From assembly GCF_009914755.1 (NCBI RefSeq), contig NC_060926.1: a stretch of 64,000 nucleotides of DNA. One strand, written 5' to 3'. Every line of letters starts with the position of its first letter. Position 1 is the first letter of the stretch. The notes below the pieces were generated by a model. The model was not told the origin of the DNA. It made no database searches and was given only the letters and a program-made list of their open reading frames with translations. The translations under genes and the position numbers were made by a program. This stretch comes from the human T2T-CHM13v2.0 reference genome, Homo sapiens. Shown here piece by piece: positions 25,160-38,829 of the stretch.

Positions 25160-28100
25160 TGAAATGTACCATCTTAATTATTTTGAAGTGTATAATTCAG
25201 TAATGTTAAGTACTTTCACATTATTGTGCAGCAACTCTGCTGAACATTTGCCTCTTGCAAAACTAAAACTCTATAATGACTAATCCAATTGGGGTATAAC
25301 TGACAAGCAAGAAGTATATATATTTACAGTGTACCATATGATGTTTTGATATATGTATACATTGTAAAATGATTTAATCAAGCTAATTAACTTACCCATC
25401 ACCTCTTATTTTTTTGTGGTGAGAACATTTAGCATTTCCTCAGTAATTGAGAATATAATTTACTATTACTAACTATAGTAACCACGCTGCACAAATAGAT
25501 CGCCAGAGCTTATTCATTCTACCTAAAACTTTATATCCTTTGGCTAATCACTCCTCATTCCCTTCCCCCAGCCCCTACTCTGTGCTTGTCTGGATTCCAC
25601 ATTTAAGTGAGGTAATATAGCATTTGTCTGTGTCTGGCTTATTCTACTTAGCATAACATCCTCAAGGTTCAGCCATGAGGTCACATAGGACTGGATTTTC
25701 TGTAAGGCTGAATAATAATATGTTATATATATACATCACAATTCCTTTATCTATTGCTCATGGACACTTAAGCTGATTATACATCTTAGCTGTTATAATG
25801 TTGCAGTGAACATGGGAATACAGAGATCTGTTTAACATTCTTAGGCTATTTCGTTTAGGTATGTATGCAGGAGTAGGATTGCTAGGTAATATGGTAGTTC
25901 TATTTTTAATTTTTAAAGGAACCTCAACGCTATTTACAATGGCTGTACTAATTTACCTTCCCACCAACCACATACAAAGTTTCCCTTCTCTCTACATCCT
26001 TGACAAGACTTTATCATTTATCTTTTTTATAATAGCCATTGTAATAGGTATGAGGCAGTATGTCATTGTGGTTTTAATTTGCATTTTCCTGATGATTAGT
26101 GATGTTGAGCATTTTTTCATATACTTGTTGGCCATTTGTATGTTTTCTTTTGGAAAATATCTGTTCAAGTCTTTTCCCCATTTTTAATTGGGTTGTTTTC
26201 TTGACATTGAGATGTGTGAGTTTGTTATTTATTTTGGAAATTAATGCCTTATCAGAAGTAAGGTTTACAAATATTTTCTCACATTCCATAGGCTTTTTAC
26301 TCTGTTGTTTGCTGTGCAGAAGTTAGTTATTTAATTTGATACAATTTCATTGTCCATTGTTGCTTTTGTTGCCTGTGCTTTTGAGGTCATGTTCAAAAAA
26401 TCATTTCCAAGACAAATGTCAAGAAGCTTTTCCCTTTTCTTCTACGACTTCTACAGTTTCAGGTGTAACAGTTAAGTGTCCATTGTCATTCTTCTATACA
26501 TAGACACTCAGTTTTCCCAACACCATTTATTGAAGAGACTCTTTCTTTCCTCATTCAAAGGCCTTGGCAACTTTGTCAAATATCAATTGACAATAACTGT
26601 GTATATTTACTTCTTGGCTGCCTATTCTGTTCCAGTGACCTATACATTTGTTTTTATGTCAGTACAATGTTGCTTTCATTACTATAACTCAGTATATTTT
26701 GAAACAATGTAATGTGATGCCCTAAGCTATGTTCGTGTTTCTCAACATTGATTTGGCTATTTGTTTTATGTGTGTATAGTTCAATATAGGTTTTAGAATA
26801 TTTTTCTATTTCTGTGAAACATGCCATTAGAATTTGTATAGGGATTGCACCGAATGTACTGACTGCATTAGGTAGTATGCCTGTTTTAACAGTATTATGT
26901 GTTCCAATTCATGAACACAGAGTATCTTTCCATTTGTGTCTTCAGTATTTTTCATCAGTTTTTAAATTTTTCCACTTACAGCTTTTTTTTACCCCCTTAA
27001 ATTCATTCCTAAGTGGTTTTATTGTTTTTGATGTTTTGTAAATTGGATTTCTAAAAAATTTTTTTTCAGATAGTTCATTGTTAGTACATAAGGGAACTAA
27101 TTTTTGCAGTTGATTTTGTACCCTGTAATTTTACTTAATTTGTTCATTAGTATAATAGTGTTTTGGTGACATCTAAAATTTTCTGTATATAAAATTATGT
27201 CATCTGCAAACTGAAAATTTTATTTATTTATAATTTAGATGCCTTTTGTTTCTCTTTCTTGCCTCATTGTTTTGGCTTGTATTTCAAGTACTATATTGAA
27301 TAAACGTGGCGAGAGCGGGTATCCTTGTCTTATTCTTGATCTTAAAGAAAAAAGACTTTGGCTTTTAGTTGTTGATTATGATGTTAGCCGTGGGTTTGTC
27401 ATACGTGACTTTCACTATGTTGAGCTACATTCCACCTGTATCTAATTTGTTGAAAGTTTTTTTTAAATAATGAAAAAATGTTGAATTTTGTCAAATGCTT
27501 TTTCTGTTTCTATTAAGATAATCTTAATAGATTAAGGAAATTATATTTAATCTTAAGATTAAGATATTATCTTTATCTTTCATCTTGTTAATGTGGTATA
27601 TCATATTTGATTGGCATCTATTGAACCATCCTTGTCTTCTAGGCATAAATCCCACTTGACCATATTGTACAAGTCTCTTTACTTGTGGCTGAATTCAATT
27701 TGCTGAATTTTTTGGAGGATTTTTGCATCTATGATCATCAGGGATATTGGCCTGTAATTTAATTTTCTTGTGGTGTCCTTGTTAGGCTTTTGTATCAGGG
27801 AAACATTGGCCTTGTAAAAAGAATTGGGAATTTTCCCTCCTTTTCAGGCTTTTTGAGAAGTTTGAGAAGAATTGGTGCTAATTATTCTTTAAATATTTAA
27901 TTTGCCAGTGAAGCGATCAGGTCCTGGGCTTTTCTTTGTTGTGAAGTTTTTGCTTTCTGATTCAATGTCCTTACTAGTTATTGTTTCATTCACATTTACT
28001 ATTCGTAATTTTGGCTTGTTAAGTTGCATGCTTCTATTAATATGAATGTTTCCATTTATTCTTGGTCACTTAATTGGTTGGTATATAATTGTTCCTTGTA

Positions 28101-28985
28101 TCTCATGATCTCTTGGATTTTTGTTGTCAATTGTAAAGTCTTTCATTTATAATTTTGTTTTAGTCTTTTCTTAGTCTAAAAGTTTATCAATAAAGGCCTC
28201 AGTTTCTGTGATGTTTTCTATTGTTTTTCTAGTCTGTTTTTTTTAAATTTCTGCTCTGATCTTTATTATTGGATTTATTCTACTGAATTTTGCTTGTTTT
28301 GTTCTCTAGTTTTTTATTCTATAAAGTTAGGTTGCTTATTTGAGATCATTCTTTTTTTCTTAATTTATGCATTTGTTACTATACACTTCTCTCAGAGCTG
28401 CTTTTGCTGCATCCAATACATTTTGATATGTCATATTTTTATTTTTATGTCTCAACATTTTATTTTTCTTAATTTCTTGTTTGACCCACTGGTTGTTCAG
28501 AAGTGTATTGTTTAATTTCCACCTATTTGAGAATTTTCCAGTTTTCCTCTTATTAATTTCTAGTTTCATATACCATTGTGGTCAGAAACTGTATTCAATA
28601 TTATTTTAATTTTCTTAAATGTGTTAAGACTTGTTTATTGGCTTCACATATGATATATCCTGGAGAATGTTATGTGTGCACTTTGATTTGGTAGGTTTTT
28701 GTTTTTATTTATGGATACTTTTTTGTTTTTCCTTTTAATTTTTTACTGTGTGCACTTGAAAAGAATGTGTATTCTGCTGCTGTTGAGGAGAACATTCTGT
28801 ATGTATCCAGTAGGTCCATTTGGTACAGGCTGTTTAAATCTGCTGTTTCTTTACCGATTTTCTCCCTGAATAATCTATCCATTGTTTAAAGTGGGAGTAC
28901 TGAAATTCTCTACTATTATTGTATTGCTATTTATTGTTCCTTTCAGTTCTGTTAATATTTGCTTTATATTATTTAGTTGCTCTGA
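25160..28985 (-). mobile_element. Old L1MA (3' UTR plus ORF2), antisense, preceded by a short L1MB-like 3' piece
   Basis: 3'UTR atgttttgatatatgtatacattgtaaaatgatttaatcaagctaattaac; minus ORFs 26074-26289 and 28360-28569 (KLEINKRK...WKLNNTLLNNQWVKQEIK) are ORF2-like. Confidence 0.88.
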
Positions 28986-28992
28986 TAAGTTT

Positions 28993-30596
28993 AATATTTT
29001 ATGTTTGTGGGTACATGTGACGGTTTGTTGTACATATTATCACATCACCCAAGTATTAAGCCCAGTACTCAGTAGTTATCTTTTCTGCTCCTCTCCCTCC
29101 TCCCACCCTCCTATCTCAAGTAGACCCCAGTGTCTGTTTCCTTCTTTGTGTTCACAAGTTCTTAGCTTCCACTTATAAGTCAGAATATGTGGTATCTGGT
29201 TTCCTCTTCCTGCATTAGTTTACTAGGGATGATAGTCTCCAGCTCAATTCACATTCCTGCAAAGACATGATCTTGTTCTTTATGATTACATAATACTTCA
29301 TGGGGTATATGAACCACATTTTCTTTATCCAATTTTTCATTGATGGGCATTTAGGTTTATTCCATGTTTTTGCTATTGTGAACAGTGCTGCAGTGAACAT
29401 TTGCATGCATGTGTCTTTATGGTAGAATGGCTTATATTCCTCTGGGCATATACCCAGTGATGGGATTGCTGGGTCAAATGGTATACCTGCTTGTAGTTCT
29501 TTGAGAAATTATGATACTGCTTTCCACAAATGGCTGAACTAATTTACACTCCCACCAATGGTGGACATGGGTCTTTTTTCATAATAATGGTCATTCTGAC
29601 TGGTGTGAGGTGGTATCTGATTGTGGTTTTGATTTCCATTTCTCTAACGATCAGTGATATTGAACTTTTTCCCCACATATTTGTTGGCTGCATGTATGTC
29701 ATTTTTTGAGAAGTGTCTGCTCATGTCCTTTGCCCACTTTTTGTTTTTCTCCTATAAATTTAAGTTCCTTATAGATGCTGAATATTAGATCTTTGTCAGA
29801 TGCATAGTTTCTTAGTAATTTTTCCCATTCTACGGGTTGTCTGTTTACTCTGTTAAGAGCTGCCCAGCAGAAGAAATTATCAAGTTTAATTAGATTTCAT
29901 TTGTCAATGTTACTTTTGTTGTGATTGCTTTTGGTTTCTTTGTCATGAAATCTTTGCCTCTTCCTATGTCCAGGATGGTATTGCCTAGGTTGTCTTTCAG
30001 GGTTTTTATAGTTTTGGGTTTTGCATGTAAGTCTTTAATCCATCTTGAGTTGATTTTTGTATATTGTGTAAGGAAACAGTCCAGCCTCAATCTTCTGCAT
30101 ATGGCTAGCCAGTTATCTCAGTACCATTTATTGAATAAGGAGTTTTTTCCCCATTGCTTGTTTTTAGCAGCTTTGGCAAAGATCAGATGGTTGTAGGTGT
30201 GTGGCCTTATTTCTGGCTCTATATTCTGTTCCATTGGTCTATGTGTCTGTTTTTGTATCAATATCATGCTGTTTCGGTCACTGTAGCCTCGTAGTATAAA
30301 GTTGGGTAACGTGATTCCTACAGCTTTGTTCTTTTTGCTTAGGATTGCCTTGGCTATTCAGGCTTTTTTGGTTCCATATAAATTTTAAAATAATTTTTTC
30401 AAGTTCTGTGAAAAATATCATTGATAGTTTGATAGGCATAGTATTGAATCTGTACATTTCTTTGGGTAGTATAGACATTTTAATAATACTGATTCTTCCA
30501 AGGAATACAGCTTCATAGGAATATAGGAAGGTGAAAGAGCTCTATAATGAGAATTACAAAACATTGCTCAAAGAAATCAGAGAAGACACAAACAAA
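28993..30596 (-). mobile_element. 5'-truncated older L1PA with inverted 5' segment (twin priming), TSD tgataagttt
   Basis: Antisense 3' end gggtacatgtga...tcacccaagtattaagcc; ORF2-like minus ORFs (MFTAALFTIAKTWNKPKCPS); sense piece at ~30500-30596; TSD at 28983 and 30597. Confidence 0.9.
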
Positions 30597-30609
30597 TGAT
30601 AAGTTTTTT

Positions 30610-31330
30610 AAATGCCCATTTTGTCTGTAGTGTGCATAATAGGTTGGGAAAATACTGATTTCTAAGCTATTAGAATAGTCCCTGGAAACAGTGGTAATGG
30701 TTGGTTAAGTATACTGATAATGGGAATAGAAAGAAAGACATTTGAAGATATTTAGTGAAATATCTAATTAATAAATTCTAAACCTAAATTCTATGTAGAA
30801 TGTAAGGAGGAGAAAGGCATCAGGAAGGACTTCAGTTTTTACGGGTTTATAGCAGGGGAAGGGAAAATGAGTATATTAGATGGATGGAGGTTTATTTCTG
30901 TGAGCTGAAGATCTGAGAAAAGCCTAGTGCTGCTGTAGCCCAATATGTATTTTGGAGATTATAAAGAAAGATGGCTATGTGACTAACTTTGAAAGTGTTG
31001 CATTTCAGTTGAGAAAGCATACAGCATGCTTACTGGGAAAAAATAGCAAAATTACAGTAAAATATGTCATTATTGAAAAGGTAATAAATTCTTATTACTT
31101 ATGTGAATGCTCATATATAAGAAACGAAAGGAGAATGAGACCACCTCGTATTTGGATGGTCAGAAAATTGTAGCTGGAAGAGGAAAAGCCTTGGTCAGAC
31201 CAAGATTTCAGAAATAAGTATAGAATATTGTGAAAGAGCAATTTTGTTATGAAAACACAAACATTGGATTCTGCGGAGTCAATGAGTTGATTAATGCGTG
31301 TGAAGATTTTAGACTGGGAAATAATGGAAG
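30610..31330. mobile_element. L2 fragment (likely continuation of the L2 at ~24790-25150)
   Basis: aagctattagaatagtccctggaaacagtggtaatggt..., purine-rich L2-like body. Confidence 0.45.
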
Positions 31331-31332
31331 GT

Positions 31333-32373
31333 TATCAGGGGAACAAGCCCCCAGTATTTCAACGTAGGTTCTATTTTCCCTAAGTGTTTGTCGGTCTGAG
31401 AAATAAAGAGAAAGAGTAGAAAGAGAGAAATTTTATAGCTAGGCCTCTGGGGGTGTCATCACATATTGGTAGGACAGTGATGGCAACCTCAAGCTGCAAA
31501 ACCGGCAAGTTTTTATTAGGGATTTTAAAAGGGGAGGGCGTGTACGAATAGGGATCACATGCTTCAAAGGGCAATAAAGATCACAAGGCAAGGCAAAATT
31601 AGAATCATTGATGAGGGTCCATGTCCCACTGTGCATGCATTGTCTTGATAAACATCTTAACAGGAAACAGGGTTCGAGAGCAGACAACCAGTCTGACTAG
31701 AATTTACCAGGCTGGAATTTCCCAATCCTAGTAAACCTGAGGGTACTGAAGGAGACCAGGGCGTATTTCAGTCCTTATCTCAACCGCATAAGACAGACAC
31801 TCCCAGAGCAGCCATCTAAAGACCTACCCCCAGGAATACATTCCTTCTCCAGGGTTATCAATTATTAATATTCCTTGCTGGGAAAAGAATTCAGCAATAT
31901 TTCTCCTACTCACACATCTGTCTATAGGCTTTCTGTGAGAAGAAAAATATGGATCTATTCTGCCCAACCCTGCAGGCATTCAGACCTTATGGTTATCTTC
32001 CCTTATTCCCTAAAAATTGCTGTTATTCTGTTCTTTCTCAGGGTGCACTAGTTTCATATTGTTCAAACACATATTTTACAATCAATTTATACAATAGTGG
32101 TCCTGAGGTGACGTACATTCTCGGCTTACGAAGATAACAGGATTAAGAGATTAAAGACAGGCATAAGAAATTTTAAGAGTATTGATTGGGGAAGTGATAA
32201 ATGTCCATGAACTCTTCACAATTTATGTTCAGAGATTGCAGTAAAGGCAGGTGTAAGAAATTTTAAAAGTATTAATTTTGGTAACTGATAAACGTCCATG
32301 AAAACTTCACAATTTATGTTCTGCCTCGGCTCCAGCTGGTCTCTCCGTTCAGGATCCCTGACTTCCCGCAACA
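31333..32373 (-). mobile_element. MER11 solo LTR (HERV-K11/HML-8), full length
   Basis: Minus-strand start tgttgcgggaagtcagggatcctgaacgga; internal repeat aacataaattgtgaag x2; near-perfect 6-bp TSD gaaggt/gaagat. Confidence 0.92.
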
Positions 32374-32651
32374 GAAGATAAGGTTGGAAAGATGTTTTAA
32401 GACCTCGCAGTGAAGTGTCAGTATACCAGACAATAGGCAAGATTTTGTCCATGAAGAAAGGGGTGGGTCATTGAAAAATGAGGGAGTCTAATAAGAATTA
32501 CAATATTGGTCAATCCGAAAGACTATATATGCAGTGATGTTAAGTCAACCTACATTCTGATCCACATCATGCCTACTGATGAAACATGTATGCCTTCTGG
32601 AAATAAGGATAAACGAGTCAATATATGTACCTAACTAAAATTTTGCCTCAC

Positions 32652-33015
32652 TAATATGGTTTGCCTGTATCCCCATTCAAATCTCAACTTGAAGTATATC
32701 TCCCAGAATTCCCACATGTTGTAGGAGTGACCTAGGGGAAGGTAATTGAATCAGAATCATGGGGGCTGGTCTTTCCTGTGGTATTCTCGTGATAGTAAAT
32801 AAGTCTGACGAGATCTGATGGGTTTTATCAGGGGTTTAAACCACTTTTGCTTCCTGCTCATTTTGTCTTGCCTCCACCAAGTAAGAAGTGCCTTTTGCCT
32901 CCCACCATGATTCTGAGGCCTCCCCAGCCATGTGGAACTGTAAGTCCAATTAGATCTCTTTTTGTTCGCAGTTTTGGGTGTGTCTTTTTCAGCAGCATGA
33001 AAAGAGACTAATACA
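32652..33015 (+). mobile_element. THE1A-like solo LTR
   Basis: taatatggtttgcctgtatccccattcaaatctcaacttgaa...gactaataca; TSD ctcac/ctcag. Confidence 0.9.
32743..32753 (+). promoter_or_regulatory. DUX4-type motif in THE1A LTR
   Basis: taattgaatca matches TAAYYBAATCA. Confidence 0.55.
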
Positions 33016-34229
33016 CTCAGCATCCCAGGATCTACTTCAGATAGCAGTTGAATTAAGCATAGTGTACACCGACTTCTACAATGATATCATAGTATTGACT
33101 GTTCCACAAAACTTCACAAATTCTCCTGGATCTATCATTGACCAAGACATGCAGCAATAGTATTTGCTTCTTCTACCCCTCATGTGTGTGGTTATTTATG
33201 GCATGCTCACTACTGGTGAAATAAATAAGCCTCTTCTTGACAATCACCTGTTTTATCAAAGTCCTGTGGCTCTATTGGCTGGGGACTCACCACTCAACCA
33301 TGTAACAGTAAACTCTACCCTAAATTTCACTTCTAAATACTGCTTTCTTAGATTTCTAGAAACACTCAGGCTTGATCTCACCTGTATTTCTACTCTAGAG
33401 AATTAAAACAAGAACAAAGATCTTTAGGAAAATTTTTTAAAAGAAGATTTACTTCTTATACTAAAAACATTAGCAGTGCAGTAAACCTGGTATCTAAAAG
33501 GGTTTCTTTGCTAAATCATTAAATAATATATTTTTAAATCCAATGTCTACTATTCCATAAAGATTCAAAAGCATTATATAGAGAATGTTTATTAGATTTT
33601 CACTAGCAAAAAAAATGGAGAATTTTGACAGCAGGGTTTATTATTGTACTTAAGTTTTTTTTTTTTTTTAATAGTAACACCAATGCATAGGTCAGTAAGA
33701 ATGTCCACATTTGTGGAAGTTTTATCTTTAGATCTTTCCATAAATGAGATTTTAGACATGTCAGCATCTCAGTCAGGGCCAAGATTAGGGTGATTCAAGT
33801 GAGGACAAGTTGCTACATTAAAATATTATATATCTTGATCTCAGTTTTCCACACCTCCTTTTAACTTGATGCCCCAGGCAAGTAACTCAATTCACTTTAG
33901 TCCAAAACAAGGAGGTTAAGAAAATGGCTTTTTAAGTTTCTCTGTGACAACCTCTCATACCTGGTGATTCTCTTTTGCCCACTGAGTGAGACGAACACTT
34001 TCTAGCTATTAGTGAGAGAAATCCCACTCTACATTCAGTCATCATGCTTCTTCAGGAATGCACTGGCCTCTGATCTGAGAGTAGCACCTCTAAGCCAACA
34101 TTTAGAAAATCAGCCTTGAATCTTGGAATAAAAGTACCTAGTTTTCTTGTATCTTGTTTTGTGTGGTTGAGTGCATTTATGCAATGTTCATTAGTAATGT
34201 CACTGCTTAGAATGAGAAGTATAAAAGAA

Positions 34230-34777
34230 TGGTTATCAAATTTTAATGTACATATTAATCACTTGGGGATTTGGTTAAAATACAGATTCGGAGTAGTATG
34301 GTGTGTGATATGATTTAGATATTTGTGTCCTCCAAATCTCATGTTGAAATGTGATTCCAAATGCTAGAGGTGGGGCCTGACGGGAGGCGATTGGAACATA
34401 GGGACAAATGCCTCATGAATGATTTAACACCATCCCCTTGGTGATAAGTGAGTTCTTGCTGAGTTAGTTCACATGAGATCTGGTTGTTTAAAATAATGTA
34501 GCACCTCCCATAACCCCCTTGGTCTGGCTTTTACCATGTGACTCACCTGCACCCACTCACCTTCTGCCACGACTGGAATCTTTCCAACCAGAAGCTACAG
34601 CCTGCAGAACCATGAGCCAGTCAAACTCTTTTCTTTATAAATTACCCAGTCTCAGGTGTTTCTTTATAGTGATTCAAGAACACACTAACACAGTGTAGGA
34701 TTTAAATATATTTCTGTATTTCTAACAAGCTCCCATGTAGTGATGTCCCTCCATGGCTCATGCTTTGTGTAGCAAAT
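34230..34777. mobile_element. MER5-family hAT fossil split by the MST LTR
   Basis: aatcacttggggatttggttaaaatacagattc before; tctgtatttctaacaagctccca...tttgtgtagcaa after. Confidence 0.7.
34306..34692 (+). mobile_element. MST (MSTB-like) solo LTR
   Basis: tgatatgatttagatatttgtgtcctccaaatctcatgttgaaatg...ctaacaca; TSD gtgtg/gtgta. Confidence 0.88.
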
Positions 34778-35059
34778 CCCCCAAATCTGAAAGTATTAAA
34801 GATTTTGATTTTTTTCAAGTTACTATATCTCAGGCAGCATCTTTTTCTTTTTAAACTCAAAATGCTTATGGATAGGGGACACATGATATTGAATACAGAC
34901 TACAGAATAACACTGGATTTTGGCTGCAACTGAACAATTCCCATACATGAAAAGTATGATCATCTCCATTAAAATATTTGTCTACCCTAACTCATGGCTG
35001 CACCATGACAAATAATCCTTCCAATAACTAAGAGTTGCCAATCTATAATTAAAAATCAG

Positions 35060-35125
35060 CATGGCACATGTTTACCTATGTAACAAACCTGCACGTGTAC
35101 CCTGAAACATAAAATAAGAAAAAAC
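35060..35125 (+). mobile_element. Very short L1PA 3'-terminal fragment
   Basis: gcacatgtttacctatgtaacaaacctgcac followed by A-rich tail. Confidence 0.75.
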
Positions 35126-36064
35126 CTTCGGCAAAGGTGATCTCTGCCTATGGGACTTGTACTCTAGAGAATAATCCCTAGCAGTACTGGAAACTGAAGG
35201 CATCATTATGGCATCACAACCCTAAATCGCATGCACTGAAAAATAAAATCGCCCACTCCTAATGAAGCAAAACCAAAAATTCTACTCTCATAGGAGCTTG
35301 TCTTGCTCAGTCAACAATTTGAATTCTGTTCTCAATGTATGGTAAGCAAAAAGAAGCAGCAACTAAACACCATAGCAAAGAAACGTGATAGAGCCAAATC
35401 TATCTCACTTTTTTTTTTTTAATGCAGCCTTATGACTGCAATTGGAAACAATCTGGCAGGAAATAAAATACACAGCCTGAGAGACTGCACAGTTCTCTAG
35501 TCAAACAAGTTATACATGTGGCCACCAAAAATGTATTGAGAACCTACAGTGAGCCAGGCAATTATATACGCTGGTGAATGCATCTACACACATGTACTAT
35601 GTTATTGGTACCAGCATCACTGTGGTGGGTTACTGCATCTTACTGAAAACACTAGACAAGGTCAGTTGTGTGCTTTACTGGTTTGACACACCATACTCTG
35701 ATATTCCTCTACCAAAAAATGAGCTGAAAGGCTATCAAAGAATGATCAAAGAGCTACTAACACTAATGTTTATCCTCTAGTAACCATAAGATTTGGTTTG
35801 ATTAAAAAATATGTCTACTCCTTAAGACACAGAATGTCTTGGTGGCATTGGTGGTTGCCTCACAAAGGTAGCTTATTCATCTCCTTCTTGGCCTCTTAAT
35901 TATCCCAGCTGCTTTTACTATAATCTTTGATAAAGAAACTTGATTCTCTGTGGGCTTTAATACTCTCTCATCTCTATCTGCTTTCCTTGGTTTACATCAC
36001 GGTCCTGGAAAGTACTTTCTGGATCCATGTCTTTCGTGATGTTCCATCACACTTAGAATCTCGT

Positions 36065-36515
36065 CAAAGAAGAACAAATCAGCTAGATGACACAAATATA
36101 CTATCTTACATTTCTGGAGGTTAGAAGTTCTATATGGTTCTTATAGGACTAAAATCAGTGCTTCATTTTTACTGGAGGTTCCAGGAGATAATCTGTTTTC
36201 TTGTTTTTTTTCTCGTTTCTAGAGGTTACCTACATTCCTAGGCTTGTGCCCCCTTCTTCCATTTTCAAAGAGCATCATGTCAACTTCTGCATTTTTCATA
36301 TTTCCCTTCCGATTTTTACCCCCATTTTCTTTCTATAAATCCCCTTCTGATTACTTTGGGACTACCTGGATAATCCAGGATAATCTCCCCATCTCAAGAA
36401 ACTTAACTTCATCACATCCACAGTCTTTTGCCCTTCAAGGTAACCTATTTGCAGGTTCTGAGGATTTGAACACTGATAGCTTTAGGGGGCTATAAATCTG
36501 TGTACTACAGTACCT
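36065..36515 (-). mobile_element. MLT1 (C/D-like) LTR
   Basis: ttacatttctggaggttagaagttc, ggataatccaggataatctccccatctcaagaaacttaacttcatcacatc. Confidence 0.75.
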
Positions 36516-37513
36516 TGTCTGCTTCCCAAATAAACACAAACAATAGTTTTGACAAAGGCTTTGCCCCTTCAAAACATGGAGAGCATTATTCCAGCCTCGA
36601 AAATCAGTTTCCTTTTTTACTTATTTACTCTGGGACTCAGGCTGATAGAGCACCTGCTATCTGGAGTATTACCAAGAGACTTGTAGAAAAAAATAGAGCT
36701 CTGGGTGATTTTATACTGAAAAATAAAGGTCCCATAAGTGACACACATTACTCTTGCTCACAAATTATTAACCATGACCAGTCTTATGGAGCTACACTAC
36801 CACAAGAGTGCTAGAAAGTGTAATCTCAACATGTATCCAGAAAAGAAAAAAATAAATATTAAATATCATCATTAATCACCCCAGTAAGTATTTTATTCCC
36901 CTATAGGTATCTTTCATTCTCAATGCAATGATTAACCTCTTAGTAAGTGATTTCTCTTAATTTACTAAAATTTTACAGGCCTTAAGTGCTGGAAAACTGG
37001 CACAGGTGCATGTACTGGAAAATGTAAACAAAATGTTTCTTAGTGTAGTCTTGTATTACAGAGTCTATGTTCTTTGGCAATTAAAAGCATAAATTAGATT
37101 AGACTAACTATTGGCTTCAAGGAAAGTCATTTTCCTTAGGGTAACTGCTCTAAGGTCTATCAGTTGAAATTTAGGGCCAATAATGTGTTAATCTTGTATG
37201 CCTTTAAATATTTAGACTTTTTAAACAGCATGGAATATGTGATTCATTCAACTTGACAGGTGCTGAAATGGACAAAAACTTGAAGGAACTTTAACTGAGT
37301 ATCTCAGTAATACTAGACTATATTGATTGATGCATAATATAATAAATGTTGAACTTTTTTGTACTTCCTTTAGATTTCACCTTCCAAGATAAATTTTTGA
37401 TATTTTTTACTTTTATAAGTTTTACATAATTTCTCCTTTGAATTTGATAAAATTAGAAGGTTCATGCACAAATAAAGGGCATATCTCTATAGTTGACATT
37501 GTAGCTATAATAT

Positions 37514-37617
37514 ATAAGATTATATAATATATAATATATATATTAACAGACAATATGGATAAAAAATAAGATTATATAATATATATTAACTTAGACAATA
37601 TGGATAAAAAATAAGAT
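37514..37617. repeat. ~45-bp AT-rich tandem duplication
   Basis: agacaatatggataaaaaataagat at 37548 and 37593. Confidence 0.85.
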
Positions 37618-38829
37618 GGGAAGATGGTCTAATATAAAGTGAGATCTTAGAGTTAATTTAAATAATGTACTGATATAAGTTATTTTATTAGTCTTCTGGA
37701 ACGTTTTAGCCCAAAACCCAAACTGCTAACCCATGATTCCAGGAAGATTCATAAGGAGCAGTGGTTGAAATTGGAGATATTAACTCATTAAGGTGGAACT
37801 AGTCTCTAAAATTGACCTCCTCCTATACAGGGGAAGATCTATCATTTTTTTTTTAAATAAAAAATTGGAATTTGGGGAAGTGTTTATCCTTAATTTCTTA
37901 TTTATCCTAGAAGAGACTTTTTGCTTGTGGGGAGTGTATATCTTCTGCACTCTGCAGCATTGAAGATAAAAGAGAGGCTGGGCATGATTCAAGCTTTGCA
38001 GAGTCTTATATAAACTAATTTTTAAGTCACAGGCTTTTGAATTCTTTTTTCTGCTTGTCTTTCTAGTAAATTGGGACAAAAAAGTATTTTCTTTCTATTT
38101 GCCTCAATGTGTTTTTTCAGATATCTGAAAAAACTCTGAACTAATATTTTCAAGAGTTTTTTCAAGTATATATCTGTCTTTGTTAAATCTTATCTGTCTT
38201 CATAGAAAGTTTTTATATCTGCTGTCAGATTTTATTCACCCACTTTTCATTCATAGAGATGCTGAGTGCAAAGGCAATAGTGAGTAAGAAACAGGAGCCC
38301 TTCTTGCTGATTCTCTTCAACTGTAACTCCTTACACTGACTATATTTCTAGAAGGCTGATGTCACCTAAATATTAAGATTGTTTTTAAACTTAAGTGCCA
38401 GAAGACTACTAAAATAACAGTATTTTTTAGAAACCTACTAAGCAAAATTTCAATTCCTTCTTAAATCTTTTGGTTATAATTGCAGGCAATGGTGCCATCC
38501 TCAACATGAATTTCTGTCTTCCTTACAATTATTTTCAAAATGTTCATTATCAAATCATAAGAAAATGTGTTCTTTTCCCCATTTCTCATTTCTAATATAG
38601 ACCATCTATTTAATAGAGATAGAAACAGACTCCTAACTCTTCCTTCTATCCCACTCTACCTCCTGCCTAGCCCTATTATAGAGTTGAACTCAACTAGATC
38701 ATTCGATTTCCAGTGAAATAAATTTTAAAATAGAGAGTTATTATTTATATATAGTTAGAAATAATGGGGCTTATTCAGTACAGAGTAAATGCTTCATAGA
38801 GTAAAGAACTACTTATTACAGGGTAGTAG

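Noticed and set aside
32160-32325. Internal tandem repeat of about 90 bp
   Set aside because: This is a normal part of MER11 LTR structure, not a separate array.
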